Shown here in pieces: positions 1 through 12,709 of a DNA stretch of 64,000 bases. Under the pieces are notes generated by a model. That model ran no database searches. It saw only the letters and a list, made by a program, of their open reading frames with translations, and was not told the DNA's origin. Positions within the stretch are counted from its first letter, which is position 1. Each line of letters starts with the position of its first letter. This DNA is from Mobula hypostoma (taxonomy: Eukaryota), in contig NC_086097.1 in NCBI RefSeq assembly GCF_963921235.1, forward strand, positions 123,878,001-123,942,000, read 5' to 3'. Position numbers and translations under genes: made by a program.

Positions 1-400
1 TTATGGGGAAAGTCAATCAGGTTTGGACTTTATTCCCTGGAGTGCAGGAGAATGAGAGTAGATTTGATAGAGGTATACAAAATTATGTGGAGTGTAGATA
101 GGATAAAGGTAAACAGGCTTTTTCCACTTACATTAGGTTGAGTGAAACTAGAAATAGAGGTCATGGGTTAAGGGTGAAAGGGGAACATGAGGGGGAACTT
201 CTTCCCTCAGGGGGTGGTGAGAGTGTGGATCAAGTGGCCAGCGGAAGTGGTGGATCTGGGTTCGAATTAAATAGTTAAGAGAAATTTGGATATATATATA
301 TATATGGATGGGAGGGTATGGTGGGCTATGGTCCAGGTACAGGTCAAAGGGACCAGGCAGATTAGGGTGCCTAATTTTTGTGAGTTGTAGTATTCTATGA
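1..400 (+). mobile_element. CR1 LINE 3' fragment
   Basis: Decayed GL(Y/F)SLE.RRMRGDLIEVYKIM coding motif plus CR1-type 3' region. Confidence 0.8.
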
Positions 401-1044
401 CCCTTACACTTTGAGATTCTGATTCTCGTCATCCATCTTGTCACCAACCTCATCCTCAATCTACTGTTTCCTTATTTTAAAAAATCTCTTAGATCTCTAA
501 CCTCGGATGAAATGTCCTCAAACTGACACACTCGTTGCAGTATTAACTCTCCTCAGGCTGGAGAGCTGGAGGGGGTTATAGTGGGGACTGAAGAACCTTT
601 AAGTAGGGATAGACTGTTTCTATCCCTCCATTTATGCACCTTCTGCCATTATCATGATGGTCCACACTAAGACATCTTGGACAGGCGGAACAAGTCAATA
701 ACATGAGTAAATCAGACTCTCAGAGTGGGCCAAGAGGTAGGCAGATGTAAAGATTGCTGGCCAGCATTCCCCAGGTTTAGGTAACTGAACTGAAAGCAGC
801 CTTCTCTGGGAGATTAGGAGGCCGGAAGTAAGAATTTATGGTGCTGATTATTTCAATGCTCTTTGTTCAAAACTAAACCTTAGACAACGTGAGATGCAAT
901 TACAACCATTTCCAGGTTGTTTTGTTTAACATTGAAGTTCAAGTCATCACACGTGTGCCTGATGCAGTTTCTATATCAGACTGCACTATCCAGGTATGGT
1001 TATCCCAAAAGTAATGATAGTCAGTGAGGTTTGATAGTGCCTAT

Positions 1045-1421
1045 CCTGGAATGAGAGAGGATCTCATTGAAACCTATTGCATATTGAAAGGCCTAGATAG
1101 AGTGAATGTGCAGAGCATGTTTCCTACAGTGGGGGAAGTCTCAGACCAGAGGGCACAGGCTCAGAATAGAGGGATGTCCATTTAAAACAGTCATGAGGAG
1201 GAATTTCTTCAGCTAGAGGGTGGTCAATCTATGCAATTTATTGTCACAGCCGGCTGTGGAGGTCAAGTCATTGGATATATTTAAAGCAGGGGTTGATAGG
1301 TTCTTGATTAGTAAAGGTGTCAAAGCTAATGGACAGATGGCTGGAGAATGGGACTGAGAGGGAAAATAAATTAGCCATGACTGAATGGCTAATTTTGCTC
1401 TTATGTCTTATGTCTTATGAT
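1045..1421 (+). mobile_element. CR1 LINE 3' fragment
   Basis: gatctcattgaaacctat...agagggtggtcaatct... ending in (tcttatg)n tail. Confidence 0.85.
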
Positions 1422-2044
1422 CAGATACTTAGCTTCTATCCTTACTTCCAAGACCCTTGACCCAGCCATCCCTCCTGAGGCCAAATTACTCTTATTTTCT
1501 GAACTTATGATCCCCTGAGACTTCCAGAGAAGACACTAATCTCCTTTTACCCCTGCCCACCAGCAACCTGTCAACACCCTCAAAAACCAAGCCCCTCTCA
1601 GGCTAGGGGCCACTGATGCAGCTCCTGTCCCTGGCGCAGCAATTTCCTTCTTGGTAGAGTGAAAAACCTCAACTGCAGACATGGCTGAATGTTGTAGAGG
1701 CAGACCCACAGTGGAAAGATTGCTGGGACCCTTCCACATGAGTCCATGGTGCACCTGTAGCAGCAAACTCCAAGTTCTAGACTGGGCTCTCTTGCAGGAG
1801 CTCTTGTGGTCTGAATCGAACAGAAGAGCTTCCCTCCCTCCCTCTTCGCCCTGTTGCAATCAGCAGCCTCTCAATTCATCCAAACCCATCTCCTCCCTCC
1901 ACGCATTGCCAGGACATGTATTCTGATTGCTTGCTGAAGCTTTCCATCACTTGGTAAGTATCAAGCCAATGAAATTATATTATTATATAACCCGAGCTCT
2001 GAAGTCTAGGTATGTGACATCACTGAGGATGTCTGGGCACCATG

Positions 2045-2440
2045 TCCTTCCTGTCAGCCTTAACCAGTCCGGCCATTCTCCACTGACCTTTCTCATTAAC
2101 AAGGTGTTTTTGCTCATAGAAATGCTGCTCACTGGATGTTTTTTGTTTTTCGCACTGTCCTCTGTAAGCTCCAGAGACTGGTGTTCATGAAAACCACAGG
2201 ATCAGCAGTTTCTGAGATACTCAAACCACCCCGACTGGTACCAAAAATCTTTCCACAGTCAAAGTCACTTAGATCACATCTCTTCCCCATTCTGAGGTTT
2301 GGTCAGAACAACAACTGAACCTCTTGACCATGTCTGCATGCTTTTATGCATTGAATTGCTGCCACACGATTGGCTAATTAGATATTTGCATTAATGAGCA
2401 GATGTACAGATGAACTTGATAAAGTGGCCACTGAGTGCAA
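2045..2440 (-). mobile_element. Tc1-derived non-autonomous element (TIR tacactcagtggccacttta family)
   Basis: Ends in taaagtggccactgagtg. Internal sequence is the reverse complement of the copies at 30425-30900 and 35726-35879. Confidence 0.7.
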
Positions 2441-2640
2441 ATCTGAAATCCATCTGAAATCTTATAACGATGCCATTACATAACTGGGATTTCCCACAAA
2501 TGATGCCCTATTCCCACTTCCCAGTAAGCACGTTAATTCTGTTGCTCTGTACAAAGATGTCTGACCTGTTGACTTTCTATTTCACTCTCGGACTTTATGA
2601 TCCTGTGGTCCCTTTTAAATTTTCCACTTCCAGCTTTTAC

Positions 2641-2724
2641 CGAGTGCCGGCTTCCACTGGACCGGCTGCTGATCCCCAAGTAACGTGGATGACCAATGTC
2701 CGCACTGCTCACGTCCCGACCGGA
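2641..2724 (-). CDS. RGS22: Probable RGS22 exon near C-terminus, phase 0-0
   Basis: TTTCATTTTGCAG acceptor, GTAAAA donor, 84 nt, SGRDVSSADIGHPRYLGISSRSSGSRHS. Frame-compatible but little recognisable homology. Confidence 0.65.
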
Positions 2725-2861
2725 CTGCAAAATGAAATACCAGTGTCATCACCAACGAGGCAATTTTTACAGAAACCAGTGAGAAATAACAACACGATAG
2801 GTTGAGCCGGCTAGAACTTTTCCCCTTGGAGTGAAGGAGGATGAATGGTGAACTGATAGAG

Positions 2862-3394
2862 ATACACTGTACTCTACAAATTCTTAGGTACATACTGTGG
2901 CTAGGGTGCCTAAGACTTTTGCACAGTACTGTAATTGTCAACGTGAAGCGGAGGGTGAGTTTGTAAATCTGGTGGGAGCAACGGACGTTGGGAATGATGA
3001 AATTGGAGCATTGTGGGAAGAGCGTCAGACAGTTGGCAGAGGAGTGCCAGGGGCCAGTGGGTGGTGCTGGTGCAGACACGCCCAGCCCTGAGACATCAGA
3101 CAAGGTCATTTGGTTCCAAACAACTGGTTTATAGATCATTGCAGAAAGTCTCTCTGGTGCTTCCCGCTCCCTCCCCTCTGCCATGATTCGCCTCTCCCTG
3201 CCCCCTTCCACTCTCGGTCCACAACAGAGACCCATATCAGAATCAGGTTTATCTTCACTTACATATGCCATGAAATTTGCTATTTTGTAGCAGCAGCAAT
3301 ACAGTGTAATGCATAAAATTACTATATTACTGTGTGCAAAAGTCTTAGGCACCCTAGCTATATATATGTGCCTAAGACTTTTATTCAGTACTAT
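2862..3394. mobile_element. Tc1/mariner-type MITE inserted at TA within a CR1 fragment (CR1 approx. 2795-3640)
   Basis: Inverted repeats gtgcctaagacttttgcacagta / tgtgcaaaagtcttaggcac. The CR1 sequence ctgatagagata..tacaaaatgata rejoins across it. Confidence 0.7.
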
Positions 3395-5116
3395 ACAAAA
3401 TGATAGATGAAGTAGCCAGCCAGAGACTTTTTTCTTGGGGAGAAATGGTTAACATGAGGGGGCATAATTTTAAAGTAATTAAAGGAAAGTATGGAGGATT
3501 TCAGAGGTAAGTTTTTTACATGGAGAGTGCTCAGTACATGCTGGGTGTGGTGGAAAGGGCAGATACATTAGGGACATTTAAGAAACTCTTAGATAGCCAT
3601 ATGGATGATACAAAGCTGAAGCATTATGTAGGAAGGAAGGGTTAGAATGAGTGTATGTTCTAATTGTCAGCTCTGTCCTGGAAAATGATTCCACTATGTT
3701 ACAAGGTGGCTTTGTAGGGAGCCTGTAGCTGGGGTAGCAAGAGTGTGGAGAGTAACAGGGGAATAGGGTTTGTAGTAGGTCTGTTAAGTTGGTCAGTTTC
3801 TTAGAAATGCTGAGGTCATCAATCCTTACTTTGTTGGGAGGTGAGGAAGCAACCTTCACAAATTTTGGAGATTGTGGACTTGTGCTGTGAGAAATATAGT
3901 TCGTGGACCCCAGGAACTCCTGGTCTCCATCGTGGCAACAGGTGGTGGTATCCCAGGGGATTATCTGTTTCCCGACCCCAGGACTAGGAATTGAGTTTAG
4001 ATCCTAGAGAGTCTATTCTGCATTGGAAATTTTGGATTGAGGGAATGGGGTAGGAGAGGAAGCAGTCCAATGATGGGCAGTGAAGGAACTTCAACGTTCA
4101 AAGTTCAAAGTACATATATTCTTTTTCTTGTGGGCATACTCCATAAATCTATAGAATGATAACCATAACAGAATCAATGAAAGACTGCCCAACTAGGGCA
4201 TTCAGTGTGCGGAAGACAACAAACTGTGCAAATACAAAAGAAGAAATAATAATAATAAATAAATAAGCAATAAATATCAAGAACATGAGACGAATAGTCC
4301 TTGAAAGTGAGTCCTTTGGTTGAGGGAACATTTCAATAATGGGGCAAGTGAAGTTGGGTGAAGTTATCCCCTTTGGTTCCAGAGCTTGATGGTTGAGGAT
4401 TTGGTGGTTTGGGAGGAAACATTACAGCTTTTCTTGACCCAAAGTGCTGGAAGAGGGCATAACTCTTCCATTCAGTATCCCTCACCTTCCTTTAGATGCT
4501 AGGTTCCATGAGACTCAGGAAACCTGGTGGCTAGGGTGAAATAGAACACCTAAAGGGTCTCGACTCGAAACGTTGACTGTACCTCTTCCTATAGATGCTG
4601 CCTGACCTGCTACGTTCCACCAGAATTTTGTGTATGACCCTTAGTGCTATTTGATTATAATGATACTGCATAAACTTATTTTCTTCTTGAAATAAGTAAG
4701 CCTTGTATTCATATAGTGGATTTGTTGTGATTTTGATACTTGGGACAAGAGGAGCCTAGTTCGTTTGTATATTAGGAAATATGATAGCTTGTGCACAGCA
4801 ACGTTTGACAAAGACATTTGTTTTTAATACTTTGAGGGGTGGTGTTGACCAGGACCTCAGAGACAACTATCTAATCGTCATAACAATTCAATAAGCTTGT
4901 TGGTATTTATTGGAGCAAAATAGGAATTCTGTTTCATCAGGAAAACGTGTTCGAATTGGCTTATTAAATGAACTTTGAATGCTCTGGGTGTGGGTTGGCT
5001 GCCCACCTCCTGCCCTGTCACTACTCAGATGTGACAGCAGAGTTTAGAGTCAGCTCTGAGACTAAAGATCTTGGCATCAGACCCAGACCGAACCCACTTT
5101 CTGTACTTAAAATTAC

Positions 5117-5281
5117 CTCCATCTTCTCAGCTGAGCTCTCGTCCATTGGGAGTCCCTTCTGTTTATCCCGTTCACTCATTTCTTTTCGCTCCATAACAGG
5201 CAGGATGGCATCAAGATCAAGTCTCTTTCTGAACTCAGAGAACGCTGGCCACAGTTGGAATAGAACATTAAAAACCGCCAT
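5117..5281 (-). CDS. RGS22: RGS22 coding exon, phase 0-0
   Basis: CCATAG/GTAATT, 165 nt, MAVFNVLFQLWPAFSEFRKRLDLDAILPVMERKEMSERDKQKGLPMDESSAEKME. Confidence 0.93.
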
Positions 5282-5673
5282 CTATGGAATAAAACTTCAT
5301 TAGCTTTGTGCTCTCCATGTTCCCAGGCAAATGATTTAAATACACACTTGAAAATACTATATTATCAATTGAACCCCTTGAAACCAGTGAAACTTTCCAG
5401 TGAACAGAATGTCAGAGAAAAAAAACAGTACATCTAAAATACAACATCCAAAGTCTGAAAGTCCTGAGTCAATATGGAAGATTGAAACCCAAAGGTCGAT
5501 TAGAAACCTAGAATTTGAGGTCCAAGGCCAGAACCATGAGTCTGTGAATCTCTGCAAGTCCGCTGGGGAAGCTGAAGGCCCAGTGTCCATGAATCATGAG
5601 TCTTCTGGGGACTGGAGGCCGAAGGCGGCCTACCCTGAGATTAGAGACTGTGTACGTGCATTGGGAGGGAGGA

Positions 5674-6270
5674 ATAAGACCATAAGACCATAAGACCATA
5701 AGACAAAGGAGCAGAAGTCGGCCATTCGGCCCATCAAGTCTGCTCCGCCATTTTATCATGAGCTGATCCATTCTCCCATTTAGTCCCACTCCCACGCCTT
5801 CTCACCATAACCTTTGATGCCCTGGCTACTCAGATACCTATCAATCTCTGCCTTTAATACACCCAATGACTTGGCCTCCACTGCTGCCCGTGGCAACAAA
5901 TTCCATAGATTCACCACCCTCTGACTAAAAAAATTTCTTTGCATTTCTGTTCTGAATGGGCGCCCTTCAATCCTTAAGTCATGCCCTCTCGTACTAGACT
6001 CCCTCATCATGGGAAATAACTTTACCATATCCACTCTGTCCATGCCTTCCAACATTTGAAATGTGTCTATGAGGTCCCCCCTCATTCTTCTAAACTCCAA
6101 GGAATACAGTCCAAAGGCGGACAAACGTTCCTCATATGTTAATCCTCTCATTCCCGGAATCATTCTAGTGAATCTTCTCTGTACCCTCTCCAACGTCCGC
6201 ACATCCTTTCTTAAATAAGGAGACCAAAACTGCCCACAGTACTCCAAGTGAGGTCTCACCAGCGCCTTAT
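5674..6270 (-). mobile_element. CR1 LINE 3' end, fairly young, inserted in a SINE-like repeat
   Basis: ORF 5780-6259 RPHLEYC..FWSP..GLYSLEFRRMRGDLI..NFFSQRVVNLWN and (tcttatgg)n tail. Confidence 0.92.
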
Positions 6271-6677
6271 GGAGATTGTTTTGCTGCTGTTGTTGTTACG
6301 TTGCTTTATATGTTCTGTCGAACATTGTGGACATGCTTTGTTGGCGCGACTTGTGGGCTGCCCCCAGCACATCCTCAGATTGTGTTGGTTGTTCACACAA
6401 ATGACACATTTCACTCTATGTTTCCATGTACCTGTGATAAATCAATCTGAATCTGAATCAGGGAGTGGAGCAGTGAGATTGTGAGATGTGTATTTAAACA
6501 TGTTGCAGTTTTCTGTATCTGCTGATCAATAAAATGAAAATCAAAGAAACTGCAGATGCTGGGAAGCTGAAATAAAAACCGAAAGTGCTGGAAAACTCAG
6601 CTGGTCAGGCAGCATCAGAGAGAAACAGTCAACATTTTCAGTCTGAGCTTTGCTAGAGGTGGGAAAGCAAGTTAGGC

Positions 6678-7410
6678 TTTTTAAAACTTTATTCATTACT
6701 TATAGGAATAGACCATACAATACCTTTCATTCTTGCATTCATAGACAATGTGTTATGTTGTGTTCTATTACATTTGTTAAAATGGATAGGACCGTTGTCA
6801 TTCATGTGGGTGAATGGGGGTGGTATACTACTACAGTAACTGAGAGGCTTCCTCACCCAACCTGGCCCCTCCATGTCCAGCAGCGGAAGAACCCTATAAT
6901 GTGGTCCTTCCCCACTGAACTTCAGTGAGTCCCTCAGCACGTACTCCTGCAGCCTGGAATGTGCCAGTTAGCAGCACTCCTCCACGGACATCTCGATGCG
7001 CCGGCAGGCCTGAAGGTGTCTTTCACTTTTCTGTGTGTCCCTGGGAACAGCCCATAGATCGGAGAGTCCTCTGTCATGCAGCTGCTCGGGATGAAACGTG
7101 ACCCAGGCCCTTTCATCCTTTTCCATGTCCTCTTTGCAAACCTACAGTCCTCAAAGAGGTGAGCTAAATTCTCATCCTCCCAGGAGCAGTGCACGATGGG
7201 ATTGATGGAGGCAGGAAGTAACCTAGTGGGAGGGCCTGTCTCACTGCCTGTCACTAAGTTAACAAATTTCACGACACATGCCGGTGATAATAAACCTGAT
7301 TCTGATTCTGCCAGCCAAGCAAGGTCTTGGTGCCTGGTGACGAGGCATTCTGCCAAATGGTATGGACAGACTGCTCAGGGAACCACCCCACAAGTGTCCA
7401 TCAAAGTGAG
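6678..7410 (-). mobile_element. L1/Tx1-clade LINE 3' fragment
   Basis: ORF2 C-terminal knuckle-like EDENLAHLFEDCRFAKRTW..YGLFPGTH, with AATAAA and an A-rich end. Confidence 0.7.
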
Positions 7411-8116
7411 TTAGTTTTCAGTAGGAGAGGGATATGCAGAACAAAAGGGAATGTTTGAGACAGGATGAATCACCATCACATTAACCAACACATTAAAATT
7501 CTTGGTACGTATGACAATTTGTTATTGGTAAGGTGACGGGATCTGCCCGGCAAGCTAAATTAACCTACACCCTCTCTTCCTTGGTTCTGACGGAGGGTCG
7601 CAGAAACAAGATATTGAATGTTTCCCCTTTCACAGATGCTGCCCGACCTGTTGAGCTTTCCCAGTATTTTCTATTTTTCTATTCGTACCTAGTTACTTAG
7701 GTGCTGAAACAAAACATTTTATCCCTAAGAATCTCATGGAGTCAAAGTCAAAGTAAATTTATTATGAAAGTGCATATATGTCACCATCTACCACCCTGAA
7801 TTCATTTCCTTGTAGGCATATACAGGAAATTTTAAAAAGTAAGTGAAATTTTTGAAAAATTATACATGCTATTGTATTTTTTATATTTCCTGTAAATGGC
7901 TGCAAGAAAATGAACCTCAAGATAATATAAGCTGTCTTGGATTATAAATTTGACCTCCCACACAAAAAATGTAGTGCATTACTGCATTAGCGATTGGTAG
8001 TTGAGATTGATCAAAAATCATGCAGTTTAATAATTGTCCAGCTTTCCCATCACCTTGTTCCAAGGAAACTATTGATAATGCACACAAAACGCACTGGCCT
8101 CCCTTACCTTACATAC

Positions 8117-8296
8117 CTGTGCTTCTCTGAAGATGTAAGGACCCTGTTCATGCCTCTGGCTGATAATCTTCTGTGCGTACTCTAGTGGAATGTCAATCTG
8201 CACAGCTGGTGGAATGCTGGAGTTGATGAAGCAATTAATGATGACAGAGATCTTATTCTGAATCATTTCCTCACTAGCATGAGAATGACACAGGTC
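8117..8296 (-). CDS. RGS22: RGS22 coding exon, phase 0-0
   Basis: TTTTCTCAG/GTATGT, 180 nt, DLCHSHASEEMIQNKISVIINCFINSSIPPAVQIDIPLEYAQKIISQRHEQGPYIFREAQ. Confidence 0.96.
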
Positions 8297-8989
8297 CTGA
8301 GAAAATAAGCAGAGAAAAGGTTTGAGTTCTCTTTGTTCTGTTTAAGAAGCAGAAGTCTACACACATCTGAGGTGCCAGACATTGACCTTTGGAACAAGAG
8401 TCCAAGCATTTACCTCAGAATCAGGTTTATTATTACGGACATGTTGTAAATTTGTTGTTTTGTGACAGCACTACAATGCAATACATAAATTATAGTTTAC
8501 CTCCTGTGCCTAATAAAGTGGCCACTAGTGTATGTTCGTGGTCTTCTCTTCCGCCCATCAGAGATATTTAGTGAGGTAATGCTCATGGGTTTATTGTCCA
8601 TTCAGAAATCTGATGGCGGAGGGGCAGAAGCAGTTTCTAAAATATTGAGCGCTTGTCTTCGGGCTCCTGTAACCCCTCCCTGATGGCGGTAAAGAGAAGA
8701 GGGCGTGTTCTGGGTATGGGGATTCTTATTGGTGGAAGGTACCTTATTGAGGCATCGCTCTTTGAAAATGTCCCCAATGGTGTCACTTGTCCTTTTTTTT
8801 GTTGTTGGTCTAAATACTAAAACCTTCAACCTAGATGTAGGACTATCTTTAGCACGTGTGTTGCAGAAACTCAACAAGATAACTCAGCAATACCTTCTCA
8901 AGGAAAACCCATGGATGGGCACTAAGGATGAATTCCCAATGTTAGGGATTATTCCAGACTTATGGAATGATGAAAATATAACAGATATA

Positions 8990-9640
8990 TTCATTGACGA
9001 CATCACCATTATGAAGCAGCTGTGTACATACATCTATCGATGCTTCTGGACACATCTTCAGTGATGTTCCTGGAATCATCGGGTGTTTCGGGTCTTTCAA
9101 CATCATACAACCTCCTCCAGGTGACCCAGCCGGGGCTGATCAGACCCCAGCTTGTGTCCAGATGGCTAGCTACTTATGACTCCATGGCTCCCCTCTTTTG
9201 AGCCACAGCCATCTTGAGGCCCTCTCTGCCGCATCGGTGGTACTGCGGATGGCTCTCCTCTTCCTCTCTCCCTCGATGCCCAATATACTGAAGGCTCTAG
9301 CTAAAGAACGGGCTACAAATCCCCTACAACCAACCTCCACTGGGAGACACCTCGCTCTCCATCCAGCCTGCTGACAGTTGCTGACCATTCTCCCTAGCCA
9401 TGAACATGCTCACTAAGTCTGCTGAACCAGAGTGCAGAGGGCCCAGAATGAATTCCGCTCAACGGCAACCACCGATCAGGGCATTCATGGATGACCTCAC
9501 AGTCACCACAGAATCAGTCCCAGGCTGCCGGAGGATTCTGCAAGGGCTCGAAAAGCTGGTGGAGTGGGCCCGGATGCGTTTCAAACCCGCCAAATCAAGA
9601 TCGATGGTGCTAAGGAAAGGGAAGGTGGAGAACAAGTTCC
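8990..9640. mobile_element. Hero-clade (RLE endonuclease) non-LTR retrotransposon with inverted 5' part
   Basis: Minus 9170-9388 gives PVEVGCRGF..AAERASRWLWLKR plus 3'UTR. Plus 9400-9640 gives RT PPIRAFMDDLTV..WARMRFKPAKSRS. Confidence 0.8.
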
Positions 9641-11682
9641 AGCATCACATCTATGTGAGGGCAAATCAGAAGCCATGGCTGACAGCAGAGGTCCGGCCAC
9701 GGTTGAGAGAACGGGATGCTGCCTTCAGCTCAGAGGACAAGACAGCCCTCGGGTCAAGGGCAGCGCTTTCCTGCATGAGCAGGAAGGCAAAATAGGGTCA
9801 TTCACTGAAAATATATAGCTGTTTCTGTGACACCAGACACATGGGGCACATATGGCAGGGGATTCAGACCATAACAGACTACAAGTCCATCCTGCGTGTC
9901 AACGACAGCGTCACTTTTCTTCCTGAAAGGCTAAATGTGCTTTATGCTCAGTTTGATGCACTGAATGCTGTGCTGGCGAGGAAGGCCCCCACCTTTCCCC
10001 CCGAAGAGCAGGCAGTCTGTCTGGCCACAGCTGACATCAGGAAGACCCTAGCCATGGTCAACCATGGTCAGCTGTGGGGCCTGATAACATACCTGGTCAG
10101 GAGCTGAGGGATTGAGCCCAGTTTCTAACAGACAACTTCAACATCTCTCTGGAACAGTCTACTGACCCCTCAGGCTTGAAAGTGGCTACAGGGCACCAGT
10201 AACATGCCTCACAACAGGAATTCTGCAGATGCTGGAAATTCAAGCAACACACATCAAAGTTGCTGGTGAACGCAGCAGGCCAGGCAGCATCTATAGGAAG
10301 AGGCGCAGTCGACGTTTCAGGCCGAGACCCTTCGTCCTCAATGACTACTGTCCAGTGGTACTGACTCAACAGTAATGAAGTGCTTTGAGTGGCTGGTTAT
10401 GGATCACATTAAATCCCATCTTCCTGCTAGACTGGACTCTTTCCTGTTTGCTTGTCACTCAAATCGGTCCATTGATGATGCCCTAGTCTCTGCACTTCAC
10501 TCCATCCTGTCCCACCTGGAAAATGGTGCCTCATATGCCAGGCTGCAGCTTATTGACTTCAGTTCAGCATTTAATACGATCATCCTGCAGAAACTGGTGG
10601 ATAAACTGTCCTATTTAGGTCTCAACACTTCTCTCTGTAACTGAATCCTGGATTCCTTGACAGAAAGACCACAGTCACTCTGCGTTGGCAGAAACATCTC
10701 TAGCTATATCATGCTGAGCACTGTCTCTCTGTAGGGCTGCATGCTCAGCCCACTGCTAATGCATGACTGCACTGCTGGATCCAGTTCAAACCGAATCATC
10801 AAGTTCACTGATGATGCAACAGCGACGGTGAGATGGCGTACAGATGAGGCAGAGCAGCTGGCAGAATGGTGCAAGCACTACAACTTGAGTCTCCACGTGG
10901 ACAAGACCAAAGAGATGATTGTGGACTTTAGGAAGACGTAGGCTGACCACTCCTCACTGCACGTACACAGATCCTCCATGGAGAGAGTTGGGACCATCAA
11001 GTTTCTGGGCGTGATCATAATGGACGATCTCACCTAGTCCCTCAACACCTGCTCTTTAGTCAAGAAAGCACAGCAGCATCTCCACCTCCTGAGGAGAATG
11101 AGGTGAATGAGGCTCTTCCCTCCACCCCCTCCAATTTTTACAGGAGCACCATCGAGCGTGTCCTGATCAGCTGCATCACCATCTGGTGTGGGCTTACAAG
11201 TCACCTGACCGGACATCCCACAAATGATGGTGAGAACTGCTGAAATAATCATCGGGGTCACTCGTCTACCCATCGAAGGTATTTATCAGGAGTGCTACAT
11301 ACACAGGGCCCTTAGCCTTGTCAATGATTCCTACCATCCGTCCAAAAATCCCTTTGACCTTCTACCATTAGACAAGAGAGACCATAGTATTAAGACAAGA
11401 ACTAATAGGATGGGAAACAGCTTCCACCCCAGGGCTGTAAGACTACTGAACTCCCTGTCGCCACCCAGATCTCATCATGCATGGTGCCAGTAGCATTATG
11501 CAGTTTACTTTTTTACTTGATTCATAAATGCACTTTATTATTTGTTAATTTATTAGTGGTAATATTATTTTATCTGTTACGTGTATGAGTTATATGTACT
11601 GTATTGTGCACCTTGGTCCAGAGGAACGTTGCTCTGTTTGGTGGTATACATGTGTACAGGTGAATGGCAATGAACTTGAACA
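9640..11682 (+). mobile_element. Rex1/Babar LINE, decayed ORF2 3' part
   Basis: [38 protein letters not shown] motifs with stops; (tgaact) tail. A Penelope-type repeat interrupts it at approx. 10210-10337. Confidence 0.85.
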
Positions 11683-11684
11683 TA

Positions 11685-12395
11685 AATCAAGCAAGAACCA
11701 ATCCTAATGTAAATTGTAAACAATCATCAGTTTGAAGTTTCAAGAACATCTTTGCAAACAGGCTGCTGGCCCAAATCGGGATGCTGGCTGCTCAAGAGAT
11801 ATAGTTTGCAAAGTAAAGTGACCATGAGACATTCTCGTATCCATCATCCAAAGGTAAATCAATGGGGTTATGTTAATTGTTCTGCACCAAATCAGGCGTC
11901 ATGGCCTGAATTATTTTTCACCATTGTGACAAAGTTAAGGAAGTTAGCAGTCAAGATTAATATTGTCACTTGGCACATCACATGGTCATATATATTAATC
12001 AATAGTTGGGATAGTTGTGTACTCGGTCAGACCTGACATTAATTTTGGGTGTCTGGGATCTCTGTCCCCAGAAGCTTTTAGACCATCTGTCTGAATTACT
12101 TTATCCCTGCAAAGGTGTTTGAACATTCGGAGGTATCTTCCATTGTAGATATGTAATTGAAAGAAAGATTGTCAACGCAATAATATGGAAGTAAACGATG
12201 TCATTGTAACGATTGAAAATGTACTGAATCACCTGTTGTTACCTTTGATCTTAAAGGTATAAATATGTGATGTAGTTCAAGTTTGCAAGACTCAACTAAC
12301 AGGTCTCCAGGAAAACAGCAGCTTGTCGTGATGAATAAAAAACTTCCATCACCAGCTTCATTGTCTCTCTGGTGATTTAGATCACAGTCATAACA
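11685..12395 (+). mobile_element. Solo LTR related to the 5' LTR of the ERV at 47.3-53.7 kb
   Basis: Collinear similarity to 47302-47595 and 48150-48345; TATAAA near 12258, AATAAA near 12334, ends TAACA. Confidence 0.7.
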
Positions 12396-12516
12396 CCACA
12401 TCTCAAATAAGTTAAATAACAATGTTCTCACTGTGATTCAATATCTGACTCATTTGAAAGCAGTTATTCTTACTTAACCATTTTAATCTGACTTCATGAT
12501 CTTCTGTTTAATTTAC

Positions 12517-12678
12517 CTTGTACTTTTGAACCTCAAGCCAAAACACCACGTTATTCTCCATCAGCTCTCCTTTTGTTGACACGAACTTCTGAAATTGTAG
12601 AGCCGTCACTGGGTTTAACAATGCTTTACGGAATGCAATGATTTCTTTCGATGAGATGGTCCATCTGTTGGTCATGCG
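12517..12678 (-). CDS. RGS22: RGS22 coding exon (C-terminal RGS domain), phase 0-0
   Basis: CCCACAG/GTAAAT, 162 nt, RMTNRWTISSKEIIAFRKALLNPVTALQFQKFVSTKGELMENNVVFWLEVQKYK. IIAFRKALLNPVT is diagnostic of RGS22. Confidence 0.96.
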
Positions 12679-12709
12679 CTGTGGGAAACAAGTGGTCATT
12701 ATTGTTTAT

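Noticed and set aside
2615..3352. 245-aa minus-strand ORF
   Set aside because: It crosses a MITE, a CR1 fragment and the probable RGS22 exon in a different frame; a chance ORF.
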